DNA of 64,000 nucleotides from an uncultured virus (IMG/VR IMGVR_UViG_3300008952_002242). Its lineage: Duplodnaviria > Heunggongvirae > Uroviricota > Caudoviricetes. Below are positions 28,741 through 37,198 of this stretch, one piece after another. Position 1 is the first letter of the stretch; each line of letters starts with the position of its first letter. Where the stretch lies: positions 1-64,000 of IMG/VR virus record IMGVR_UViG_3300008952_002242. The stretch is one strand, 5' to 3'. The position numbers were made by a program, and so were the translations under genes. The notes under the pieces are model-generated. The model did no database searches. It saw only the letters and a program-made list of their open reading frames with translations, and had not been told where the DNA came from.

Positions 28741-30129
28741 CTACGTTGTTCTATTTTGTTCTATAAAGTGGTGATGACTTAAATAAGCAGGACCACTAAT
28801 TCTATCTGTTGTTGGTATTTTATTTTCAGCATCATAATTCCTTTCAATTTTTATATTTAATTTATCAATTACTTGTGTAATCCTATTAAATAAAAAATTA
28901 CCTTTAGAATCTACCAATCGTATTGGAACACCCTGTACTAAAGCATGTGCATCTAACATAATATCCATAATTTCTTTCAGCAAATTATTTAATTCATTAC
29001 CCAACACCATTGGCTGAGTTCTTTCTTTACTTGCCTCTCCTAAATAAATATTCTTTGATTGAATAACTGTGAATCCTTTATTTGTTAAAGTGAAATTATT
29101 ACCAGCACCTAAGTTTATATTACGATGTGATGATAATGTAAAATCCCCATCATTTCCATATGCATCAAAAACTATTCTTTCAGATGTAATAAAAATTTGA
29201 TGTTTTGATGGAAATTTTTCATTCTCTCTATCTTCTTCTGTTTTTCTACTTAAAACTGGACCATATTCATAATTAAATTTATTCTGTTCATCAATAGAAT
29301 CGTTACCCATCCCCATAACCCAATTTGCCATATAATCTTCAACTGGTGTTGATATATCATCACAAGATAAAATAAAGTTATATAGTTTATTTTCTCCATC
29401 TCTATTACTAATTTTTAAAGTATCTAAATGATCATCAATACCACCCAATGCAGACATAAAAATTAATGAACCATCCCCAGTTTGATTATTACCTACCCCA
29501 TTATTAATACTAATCAAAGGTGCTACATTCCTATTACCAATTCTGATATGATTATTATATCTACCCTCCAATACTACATCACTAACTCTAGATTCATAAT
29601 CTAATAATGAACCATCAAAATTAATTGATTTATCATTTGGGTCATCTAATATTTTATTAGTTGGTTTATTTACTTTATAAGTTTTTATTACAGGAACAAG
29701 TTTATTATAACCGTCTTTATTTTTTAATTCATCTTGTTTGGTATTAATATGCACATGATCAACTGCTTTACTTGGATTGTTCCTAGTATTTATGGGACCC
29801 AAATAACAAGTTATTCCTTCTACAACAACATAAAAAATCAAATCACCATGAGTTATAGAATCAGAAAAACCTCTAAGTAGTGGATGTGCTAATTTAGTTT
29901 GCCTAGGAAGTTGTTTATTGGATGCACCAGGTTGTCCATGTGTGTTAGAATACGGTGTAAATTCTATTATCTGAGATACTTCTGAAAAGGTTCTTTCATA
30001 TTTTTTCATAAAAAATGATAAATCACTTTCTTCATTAAAAACCCTTTCAACATGACCAAGTTTAAATTTTAAACCAGAAGAAAAAACATTATCAGGATTA
30101 GACGCTCCAAATCGGTTTAGTAAACCCAT
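28741..30129 (-). CDS. baseplate hub/central spike (gp5-like) protein
   Basis: DVVLEGRYNNHIRIG, QIFITSERIVFDA, IYLG...QPMVLGNEL; upstream of gp25/gp6. Confidence 0.6.
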   Translation of the reverse strand: MGLLNRFGASNPDNVFSSGLKFKLGHVERVFNEESDLSFFMKKYERTFSEVSQIIEFTPYSNTHGQPGASNKQLPRQTKLAHPLLRGFSDSITHGDLIFYVVVEGITCYLGPINTRNNPSKAVDHVHINTKQDELKNKDGYNKLVPVIKTYKVNKPTNKILDDPNDKSINFDGSLLDYESRVSDVVLEGRYNNHIRIGNRNVAPLISINNGVGNNQTGDGSLIFMSALGGIDDHLDTLKISNRDGENKLYNFILSCDDISTPVEDYMANWVMGMGNDSIDEQNKFNYEYGPVLSRKTEEDRENEKFPSKHQIFITSERIVFDAYGNDGDFTLSSHRNINLGAGNNFTLTNKGFTVIQSKNIYLGEASKERTQPMVLGNELNNLLKEIMDIMLDAHALVQGVPIRLVDSKGNFLFNRITQVIDKLNIKIERNYDAENKIPTTDRISGPAYLSHHHFIEQNRTT

Positions 30130-30131
30130 AA

Positions 30132-30512
30132 CTAATTAGCCGTTTTAATAGTTGATGCCTTTATATCTATTTTTTTATTTAATTCATCAGCAACTTCATC
30201 CAAACTAGACATCAATTCTTCCTTTTCTTTATCTGTCAATAATTCAATATCATCAACTTCATTAGTTTTATTCATAATACGCTGAATAATAGTTGCTAAC
30301 TTTAAAAGATTATCATCATTTTTTACTCCAACTTCAAATAACTCTTTTAATATTGGACCAACAGTTGCTATATCTTCTATTCCTTGTATATAACCATGTA
30401 CCTCTTGAATAAAAAGCTCAATTTGGTTTTTCTTTAATTTGGAATTCTCGTATATCTCCTTGGATAAATCAGAGAAATTAATATCGTCAAATATGTTGAA
30501 GTCTTTTTCCAT
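30132..30512 (-). CDS. hypothetical helical protein
   Basis: Intact ORF preceded by the ATATTTAT motif. Confidence 0.65.
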   Translation of the reverse strand: MEKDFNIFDDINFSDLSKEIYENSKLKKNQIELFIQEVHGYIQGIEDIATVGPILKELFEVGVKNDDNLLKLATIIQRIMNKTNEVDDIELLTDKEKEELMSSLDEVADELNKKIDIKASTIKTAN

Positions 30513-30548
30513 AACATTCTAATAATAAATATAGAATGTAAGAAAACT

Positions 30549-31280
30549 TTACACAATTGAGCCTGTGGCTACTAATATATCATTTATATGACCCTTAGAT
30601 AAAACTTCTTTTTGTATCTTAGGATATATAGATCTGAATACATTTGATATTTGTGTAATTTTAGATGTCTTTACATCAGTCATTTCACGAATCATTATAT
30701 ATAAAGCTTTTTTATTGTAATTATCTATACTATCTTTATTTTTACACAAATACAATATTGATTCAGCAACATTTCTATCATTTTCATTTGGGAAAAACTC
30801 TTCTAATTTATATTCAAAATATTCAACAGTTTTTTCAAAAACTTCATTTGTTGGAGAAGGATCTAATTCGGTATCCCATATAGCTTTATCAACAACAGTT
30901 TTTATATCATCATGTGTTTTTAATTTTTTATAGTTAGCATTATTATTTAAGATTAAATAATTTTTTGCTATTATAGAAAAATAACTAAAAGCTTTCGTTC
31001 CACGAGTTTCATCAAACTTATGCATGTTTATTAATAAATTAGACACAACTTCTTCTTGTAAATCTCTAAATCCATAATCAAAATAACTAAACTTAAATGT
31101 ATTAATTATATTTTCAGCCAACTTCATAAATGCTGGATGGATTATTTCAGTATATATTTTATCTTTATACGGTTTATCAGTAGAATAGTTATATACTATA
31201 ATTGCTTCTTGTACAGGTAATCCAAAATATATTCTACTTTTCTTTTTCTTTTTTAATTTTACTGGTGGGATTTTTTTCAT
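30549..31280 (-). CDS. phage late-transcription sigma factor (T4 gp55-like)
   Basis: KLAENIINTFKFSY...MHKFDETRGTKAFSYFSIIAKNYLI resembles sigma region 2 of gp55-like factors. Confidence 0.65.
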   Translation of the reverse strand: MKKIPPVKLKKKKKSRIYFGLPVQEAIIVYNYSTDKPYKDKIYTEIIHPAFMKLAENIINTFKFSYFDYGFRDLQEEVVSNLLINMHKFDETRGTKAFSYFSIIAKNYLILNNNANYKKLKTHDDIKTVVDKAIWDTELDPSPTNEVFEKTVEYFEYKLEEFFPNENDRNVAESILYLCKNKDSIDNYNKKALYIMIREMTDVKTSKITQISNVFRSIYPKIQKEVLSKGHINDILVATGSIV

Positions 31281-31548
31281 CAACAACCTCTTCCAATGGT
31301 TCAAAAAGTTCTTCTAAATCGGAACTTAATAATTTTATTTCATCAAAAAAGAAACCGATTTCATCATCGGCTTCAAAATGACCTTTATCATCTATTAGTT
31401 TTAATTGTTGTTTTATATGTTCTACTCTATTATTAAAGTTTAGTATTATTGATTCGTATTGATTTATTTTGCGCAAGGCAAAAAATAATATTGTTGTTGA
31501 TGCTATGCATAATAAAAATAAAATAATTGTAAAAATTATATGTAACAA
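31234..31548 (-). CDS. membrane-anchored hypothetical protein
   Basis: N-terminal TM; D.KGHFEADDEIGFFF motif. Confidence 0.6.
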   Translation of the reverse strand: MLHIIFTIILFLLCIASTTILFFALRKINQYESIILNFNNRVEHIKQQLKLIDDKGHFEADDEIGFFFDEIKLLSSDLEELFEPLEEVVDEKNPTSKIKKEKEK

Positions 31549-31553
31549 AATAT

Positions 31554-31871
31554 TTAAGACTCACCAACTATTGTATCTAGAAATTCTATATCAAATAATT
31601 CTTCATCTTTCTCTAATTGGTTTTCCATAGAATTTAGATGATTCAATACTGTAAGTTTTCTTTTTTCTATAGCATCTAATTTGATAGGTAAATCATTAGC
31701 AATTAATTCACCCAATATAGTATCAAGTTCTAAATTTATATCTTTTAATTCATCTTTAACAGTAACTAATGATCCAGAGATTTTTTCATTCTCTTTTTCA
31801 TTTTTTTCTAAACGCGTAATTACCGAATCTAATAAGATCTTTATATCTTTATTTGGTGGATCCATTATCAT
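31554..31871 (-). CDS. hypothetical coiled-coil protein
   Basis: Intact ORF. Confidence 0.55.
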   Translation of the reverse strand: MIMDPPNKDIKILLDSVITRLEKNEKENEKISGSLVTVKDELKDINLELDTILGELIANDLPIKLDAIEKRKLTVLNHLNSMENQLEKDEELFDIEFLDTIVGES

Positions 31872-31882
31872 AAATAAATATC

Positions 31883-32245
31883 CTAATTTAATGATTTACT
31901 ACATATTTTTTTATCTCTCTTAGCTATAGTTTCGGCTTGCACTTCATATGGATGAGTTTTATAATTATAACCCATATTATAATATCTTTCCATCCATGTT
32001 GGTGATTGTAAATAGTGTTGATATTCATGAATTATAGTTTCAATTAAATCATCATAAGTATTGATATAATCTGGATATATAATTAAAGAATTATCATCTG
32101 CTTTATATTCACCCATCATACCTAAATCATCTTCACTAAAATCTAACCAAGGAACATCATCTTGGTGTTTAGAAAAACCATATGTATCCAAACACCAATC
32201 TAATGCTTCTTCAGCATCATCTAAACCTGTTTCCCAACAAATCAA
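31883..32245 (-). CDS. zincin-like metallopeptidase domain protein
   Basis: TIIHEYQHYLQ (HExxH) and HPYEVQAE third-ligand motif. Confidence 0.75.
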   Translation of the reverse strand: MICWETGLDDAEEALDWCLDTYGFSKHQDDVPWLDFSEDDLGMMGEYKADDNSLIIYPDYINTYDDLIETIIHEYQHYLQSPTWMERYYNMGYNYKTHPYEVQAETIAKRDKKICSKSLN

Positions 32246-32481
32246 TATATGTCCATTCCCAAATCGCTAAGAGTTTGTATTTCTTCACGACCATCACAAT
32301 CTGAATAATCATCCACTCCAAGATCATCAAGTTCATCTTCAGCATAATACTCAAGATTAACTCTTTTGTTCTTTGGATAATTAGGATCATCCTTCATCGT
32401 TTTTTTATCAATAGATTCCATTTGTTTTAAATCATCATCATTGAGTTCGTATTGTGATAAGTCTAATTTTACTTTTACCAT
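32242..32481 (-). CDS. acidic hypothetical protein
   Basis: ORF with GAGG RBS. Confidence 0.6.
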   Translation of the reverse strand: MVKVKLDLSQYELNDDDLKQMESIDKKTMKDDPNYPKNKRVNLEYYAEDELDDLGVDDYSDCDGREEIQTLSDLGMDIY

Positions 32482-32508
32482 TTTATCCTCATCGTTTATG
32501 TTTTAATA

Positions 32509-32550
32509 TTTGGGCTTGAAAAGAAAGGAAGAAAAGAATTCAAACCCGAA
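32509..32550 (-). ncRNA. hairpin with an 18-nt all-pyrimidine loop
   Basis: GGGTTTGAA-TTCTTTTCTTCCTTTCTT-TTCAAGCCC; a G.U pair supports the - strand. Confidence 0.4.
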
Positions 32551-32614
32551 GTTCTTTGGAGAACGATAACCTTTATATGCACTTCCAACACATAATAATA
32601 TAATGTATATTTAA

Positions 32615-33049
32615 TTAAGATACAAGCCTTTTATCAACCCTTTTTTTAAATCTTTTATACATTTTGTTTAAAGCTTTTCTTTGCTTCAATGTTAATTGAT
32701 TTCCATTTTTTAACCACCCATCAATACTTTTTAAAAAATCATCAGCACTCATTTCATAAGATGCTGTGTAATTACATTGATATAACATATGCTGTATTTT
32801 AGAAACTTTCTGTCGATTCACGTCAATCTGTTCTTTATAATTAGAATCGTTTTTTAGAAAAAAATATTTAGCATATTTCTTCACAGCTTTAACTACAACA
32901 TCATTTTGTTTATCTGTGAGTACTCTACCTTTTTTTAAATGATTATGCATATCGACAATAACAGACTTAAATCCTTTATCATTAATCCAATATATATCAT
33001 CACTTAACATATGTGACAATTGATCTTTTCGCTTACTAGCAGAAATCAT
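32615..33049 (-). CDS. hypothetical protein with two similar helical repeats
   Basis: KKGRVLTDKQ...KKY and KNGNQLTLKQ...KRF repeats. Confidence 0.6.
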   Translation of the reverse strand: MISASKRKDQLSHMLSDDIYWINDKGFKSVIVDMHNHLKKGRVLTDKQNDVVVKAVKKYAKYFFLKNDSNYKEQIDVNRQKVSKIQHMLYQCNYTASYEMSADDFLKSIDGWLKNGNQLTLKQRKALNKMYKRFKKRVDKRLVS

Positions 33050-33378
33050 TAATAACACTCACCTATTGTGTTTTCTAAACCACCATACATAAGTAAGGCG
33101 TTTGTAATTTCATCATCGGCATCCGTCCATTCTTCATCAGATGGATCTTCCCAATACACTTCGCCAGTATCATGATCGTAAATTTGAGTGATGTATGTTT
33201 CACCAAAATGTTCATACCAAACTACAGCCAAAGTATCAACAGGACCTGGATGATCGATGAGTTTTAACTCTTTCATATAATCCATAAGAGTTATATTTTT
33301 GAGTCTATGTTTACCATCAACATACTCATCTTTTGCAAGTAAGTAAGCAGTTCCAAAAATTGTTTCATTTAAGTTCAT
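33049..33378 (-). CDS. acidic early protein
   Basis: Start moved to the ATG after the promoter cassette and AAGGA RBS. Confidence 0.65.
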   Translation of the reverse strand: MNLNETIFGTAYLLAKDEYVDGKHRLKNITLMDYMKELKLIDHPGPVDTLAVVWYEHFGETYITQIYDHDTGEVYWEDPSDEEWTDADDEITNALLMYGGLENTIGECY

Positions 33379-33394
33379 TGTTTTATTCCTTTTT

Positions 33395-33441
33395 TCCATA
33401 TGTGAATATACATAAAAAAACAATACAAGTCAAGACTTTTT
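33395..33441 (-). promoter_or_regulatory. phage early promoter cassette copy
   Basis: AAAAAAGTCTTGACT-N17-TATATT; related copies near 35005, 37820, 38595, 44610, 44780, 44980, 45097, 50770, 51040, 53270, 61938 and 63102. Confidence 0.75.
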
Positions 33442-34223
33442 TAAATAAATTTATCCACTTCTCTTGATTCTTCAACTTCTATTTTTTGAATTTCTGCGGT
33501 GTTTATAGTGTCGGCAGGATAGGGATATAGTTTATGTTTTAGTGTTGATTTATATAGTCTATTTTCTTTTTTGTTTCCGATGAAGTAAAGATACCTATGT
33601 TTCTCTGCTTCCTTCTTCAACCAAAATGTTTTACCAATTTTCTTAATTAAATTTTTGGGTGCGGCTGAACCATATAAAGAATAAACGGTTCTGCTATGTA
33701 TCCATTCCCCATCTTCTGTTAATCTCAAACTGAATGTTGGCGCCATCTGTATTTCACCACACCCTTGATATAACCAATTAGTTGCTTGATAAATTTTACC
33801 TGTATGATTTTGTTCAGGATCTGCATATGATATTAATACTTTAATGTTTGGTGCATTTAACCTCAACCAACTAAACATAGCACCCAATACAAATGATTCT
33901 ATATTTTTACCATAACCATCATCAATATAAAGTCTTGTTAACTCTAATAGATTTGTTGTCTCTAATCCTATGTCTTCACTAAAGATAGAACCTAGCACTC
34001 TTCTACCAACTGGAAAACCTAGAGTCATACAACCTATCAATGTTTCTTTAGATTCATTTTCAAAAAATGGATGTGGAGAATCATCTTTATAAAAGATTCC
34101 TAATGCATATCTACATGAAGAAGATTTATGAGAATAATGTTTTTCAATAATTATATTCTTAGCTTGCTTCTTGGGTATTTGTTGCAAATATACTTTTGAT
34201 TTATCTACATATTTTTCTTCCAT
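33441..34223 (-). CDS. mom: Mom-family DNA modification (GNAT-like) enzyme
   Basis: IIEKHYSH, LELTRLYI...KNIESFVL, ISYADPEQNHTGKIYQATNWLYQG, KHRYLY. Confidence 0.8.
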   Translation of the reverse strand: MEEKYVDKSKVYLQQIPKKQAKNIIIEKHYSHKSSSCRYALGIFYKDDSPHPFFENESKETLIGCMTLGFPVGRRVLGSIFSEDIGLETTNLLELTRLYIDDGYGKNIESFVLGAMFSWLRLNAPNIKVLISYADPEQNHTGKIYQATNWLYQGCGEIQMAPTFSLRLTEDGEWIHSRTVYSLYGSAAPKNLIKKIGKTFWLKKEAEKHRYLYFIGNKKENRLYKSTLKHKLYPYPADTINTAEIQKIEVEESREVDKFI

Positions 34224-34254
34224 ACCATACCATTTGGTTATCGTTCAAATTTTG

Positions 34255-34326
34255 AGCGGTGTTAGGGAATCGAACCCCACCTTCTTCGTTGGAAACGAAG
34301 TGTATCACCTTTGATACTTCCACCGC
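34255..34326 (-). tRNA. tRNA-Gly(TCC), atypical
   Basis: GCGGTGG...CTTCG-TTTCCAA-CGAAG...TGGGG-TTCGATT-CCCTA-ACACCGC-T; G7.A66 mismatch, A at position 8, no encoded CCA. Confidence 0.8.
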
Positions 34327-34333
34327 AAATATC

Positions 34334-34397
34334 TGGGTGATTTGGTTGTTTTTTAAGTCATAAAATAGTGGAGACTAAAAATCGGTTAAACCACCCA
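34334..34397 (-). ncRNA. 64-nt two-stem hairpin RNA
   Basis: TGGGTGGTTT/AAATCACCCA outer stem (G.U on - strand), TTTTTAGTC/GACTTAAAAA inner stem. Confidence 0.5.
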
Positions 34398-34402
34398 AAC
34401 TT

Positions 34403-34458
34403 TATGAAGATTTCAACCCTAATACGGCTGACCGAAGTTTGTTAATGAAATCTTCATA
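34403..34458 (-). ncRNA. 56-nt hairpin RNA
   Basis: Perfect 13-bp inverted repeat TATGAAGATTTCA/TGAAATCTTCATA enclosing 30 nt. Confidence 0.5.
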
Positions 34459-34459
34459 C

Positions 34460-34878
34460 TTGGAAATTAAGGAGGGATGTGAGCCTGACATCTCACAAAT
34501 GCCTTTGATCTTGAATGATTTTAATACTCATGCAATCAACCCAATCGGTTATGATTGGTTACTTCTAAAAGTGGTTAACTTCGTTGAAGTGGACACAACT
34601 CCTGTCAATTCACCTTATCCATCACTCACGGATTATTAGGTAATAAAGTAAGAATCTCAGCTTTTACACCACGCTCTTACAATGAGCCAGAAAAGTAGTT
34701 TCTTTTCTTTAAAGACAAATCTTTCGGTTCACAATTGTTATTGATTCTTTTCACTCACATTCGAGCAATAGAGTCTACCACAGACGAACTTACTAAACAA
34801 TAACTCCCTTCTCTAGAAAAGAGTTTATTCTGTCAATCCCACACGAAGGTAGCAAGCCTTCGCGCTTCCTATTTCCAA
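34460..34878 (-). ncRNA. large (about 419 nt) structured non-coding RNA, family unassigned
   Basis: Ends pair (TTGGAAAT/ATTTCCAA); about 10 local hairpins with G.U pairs favouring the - strand; no - strand ORF of 60 aa or more; lies between a promoter and a tRNA. Confidence 0.65.
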
Positions 34879-34893
34879 ATTGTCAAAAATCTA

Positions 34894-34965
34894 TGGGTTG
34901 ATGCCAGAAGTATCAGCAGTACCGATACTAGCAGTGGTATGGATAGGTATACCCTAATCAACCCA
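34894..34965 (-). ncRNA. 72-nt three-way-junction RNA
   Basis: TGGGTTGAT/ATCAACCCA closing stem; internal GGTAT/ATACC and AGTATCGG/CTGATACT hairpins. Confidence 0.5.
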
Positions 34966-34978
34966 AATCTTATATCAT

Positions 34979-35008
34979 AATATAAGTATTTTTACCTATA
35001 CAAGTCAA
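34979..35008 (-). promoter_or_regulatory. early-type promoter driving the ncRNA/tRNA array
   Basis: TTGACT-N18-TATATT preceded by an A-tract. Confidence 0.7.
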
Positions 35009-35026
35009 GACTTTTTTTATTAATTA

Positions 35027-35641
35027 TTACCATAAAATATATGCACCATCATCAAAATTTTCATATTCTTTTATATCAAAATTTTCTTCTTTTAATATTG
35101 GTCTTGTCAAACACAAAAATTCTAAATTTATAGCTACTCTTGGAACATCCGGATCATTACATGGATTTGGTTTATGTAAAAACCAACCAGGCATTAAATA
35201 TAAATGTTTTTCTAAAGGTAAAAACTTTTTCTCCATACCATCGTCATCCATAATAGATAAAGTACCACTATCATCAGGTATTTGCGTATAATAAACTCCA
35301 TTTATAGTAGTTTTTGATGTGTGTCTATGCCAAACAGAATCATATCTTTTTCCAGTACATATATAAGAACAAGCTAAGGTTTTTTGTGGCCTTGGTAAAT
35401 GTTTATCTATATTTCTAAACCATACATAACATTCATCTTTAAATATTTTATATAATTTCTTAACATTTTCAGTATCAACCATACGTGTATTATAATGAAA
35501 AGCATCTAATAATTCTCGTTCTTTTGTATCACTTTCAATAGCTTCTATTGTTAATATTTTATTAAATTCATCTGTGATTTTTTCAGATAAATTTATTTCA
35601 ATTAACCATGGATTTCCACCGAATACTAAATTATTAGTCAT
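35027..35641 (-). CDS. 2OG-Fe(II) oxygenase (TIGR02466-like)
   Basis: WHRH...NGVYY, PGWFLHKP, RVAINLE. Confidence 0.75.
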   Translation of the reverse strand: MTNNLVFGGNPWLIEINLSEKITDEFNKILTIEAIESDTKERELLDAFHYNTRMVDTENVKKLYKIFKDECYVWFRNIDKHLPRPQKTLACSYICTGKRYDSVWHRHTSKTTINGVYYTQIPDDSGTLSIMDDDGMEKKFLPLEKHLYLMPGWFLHKPNPCNDPDVPRVAINLEFLCLTRPILKEENFDIKEYENFDDGAYILW

Positions 35642-36215
35642 TAGAAAATAAACCTAAAACCTTATTAACATAAAAATTGTCAGATATATAAGCATAACTA
35701 TATGTTCTTGTAATAGTTGGACCATGACTATAGCTTGTTAAAGCATAATACCAATCATCGCCAGAGTTATGATATAAATCAGATAGATACATTATACCAA
35801 CAGTTACATTAACATATGGGTCATATAAATCATCTTTAGGTGTTTTGAATTCACCATATGCTGTTTCAGGTTTTATTTGCATTAATCCAATAGCACCACT
35901 CTTTGATATTGCTTTGTGGTTCCAACTTGATTCGGTCATTATAACTGATTTAGCCAGATCATAAGGTACAGTATATTCATCACATAAGGCGTAAATATAA
36001 ATCAATACATGCTTTAGTTTGGATTTATTTAATGATGAATTGATTATATCAGCATCTTCAAAAAAATTTGGTTTGGTTTTTTCTACTTCAATTAGATTAT
36101 CAATTTTACGAACTACAGTTCTTATTGGAACTTCATACATATTTTCCATATAGAAAACTACTGCAAGAAAGGCGGTAAGTATTCCCATTATAAAAGTTGC
36201 TCTGGGGTTATTCAT
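35634..36215 (-). CDS. membrane-anchored lytic transglycosylase (SLT domain)
   Basis: VIMTESSWNHKAISKSGAIGLMQIKPETA...LYDPYVNVTVGIMYL...ALTSYSHG; N-terminal TM. Confidence 0.9.
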   Translation of the reverse strand: MNNPRATFIMGILTAFLAVVFYMENMYEVPIRTVVRKIDNLIEVEKTKPNFFEDADIINSSLNKSKLKHVLIYIYALCDEYTVPYDLAKSVIMTESSWNHKAISKSGAIGLMQIKPETAYGEFKTPKDDLYDPYVNVTVGIMYLSDLYHNSGDDWYYALTSYSHGPTITRTYSYAYISDNFYVNKVLGLFSND

Positions 36216-36669
36216 TATTATCTCCTGTTTTATGTTTCATATCTTTTTTAGTTTTTTCTTTATGACATTTTCTACATAAAGTCTGTAGATTACCTTCTTC
36301 CCAATAACTCCAATCTATTTGATTGGTTGATAAATCTTTTTGTTCATATAATGGTTTGATGTGATCTAATTGCCATTTTGAATCATACTCACCACAATTA
36401 GCACATTCACAATAATCTCTCTTCTTTATGTATTTCTTTATATGCTTTTGATTATAGATAAAAAGATATCTTTCACTACAATCAGGATGCCAACTAGCTC
36501 TATTGTTTCTTCTACCATATTCATCATTAATAACATCACCACACCACCTACATACACCTCTTTCCTTTACATCATAATAGGAATCTGGTTTAGGTGGATA
36601 GCGATAATCATTTTCGTGATAATCAAATTTGCGTGTTTTTTTCCCAAGAGTTTTTCTTATCCTTGGCAT
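36208..36669 (-). CDS. HNH endonuclease
   Basis: RDYCECANCG...QLDHIKPL...NLQTLCRKCHKEKT. Confidence 0.88.
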   Translation of the reverse strand: MPRIRKTLGKKTRKFDYHENDYRYPPKPDSYYDVKERGVCRWCGDVINDEYGRRNNRASWHPDCSERYLFIYNQKHIKKYIKKRDYCECANCGEYDSKWQLDHIKPLYEQKDLSTNQIDWSYWEEGNLQTLCRKCHKEKTKKDMKHKTGDNNE

Positions 36670-36675
36670 ATATTT

Positions 36676-36888
36676 TTAATTTAAAGTTTCTTCGTATTGT
36701 ACTGCTAATTCAGCACCAGCAAATAAAGCCTTTTCAATATTATCTTTAAGATTGTATAATTCATCTCTAGCACCGTCTACATAAGACCTTCCATCACTAT
36801 TACAATCATATTCTGGAATAGAATAGAAAGCGTCATCTAATGAACCTTCTATATTTTCCAATAAATTTATTATTTCTTTTAAAGTCAT
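36676..36888 (-). CDS. hypothetical protein
   Basis: ORF with AAGGA RBS. Confidence 0.6.
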   Translation of the reverse strand: MTLKEIINLLENIEGSLDDAFYSIPEYDCNSDGRSYVDGARDELYNLKDNIEKALFAGAELAVQYEETLN

Positions 36889-36921
36889 TTTATTTTTCCT
36901 TCTTTATATTTTATCTAACAT

Positions 36922-37176
36922 TTATACATCATCCCAACTTTTAATTACAACTTCAACCATACCATCATCCAATATCTCAAATTCACCGCCAAACAAGTCA
37001 TCATTATCTTTCAACAACTCATTAACCTTAGATTCCACTATGGATTCAGTTATTATAAAGTTCAAAGCATCTTCTACAGAAACTCCATCATCTACCATAT
37101 CATTTAAGGCATCTTCTGGGTTCATTAAAGTAGGTTCCGCTTCAACTTTTATTTTCATTCCACTTTTGTAAGTCAT
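36922..37176 (-). CDS. acidic hypothetical protein
   Basis: ORF with AAGGAG RBS. Confidence 0.6.
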   Translation of the reverse strand: MTYKSGMKIKVEAEPTLMNPEDALNDMVDDGVSVEDALNFIITESIVESKVNELLKDNDDLFGGEFEILDDGMVEVVIKSWDDV

Positions 37177-37198
37177 TTTTGACTCCTTTTTTTTATTA

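Noticed and set aside
34439..34639. 66-aa + strand ORF inside the ncRNA region
   Set aside because: TTG start without RBS, opposite to the promoter and tRNA; G.U pairing supports a - strand RNA instead.
34460..34878. tmRNA, RNase P RNA or self-splicing intron identity for the large RNA
   Set aside because: No tRNA-like GGGG...TTCGA...CCA ends, no GAGGAAAGTCC/P4 signature, no interrupted host gene or recognisable intron core; left unassigned.
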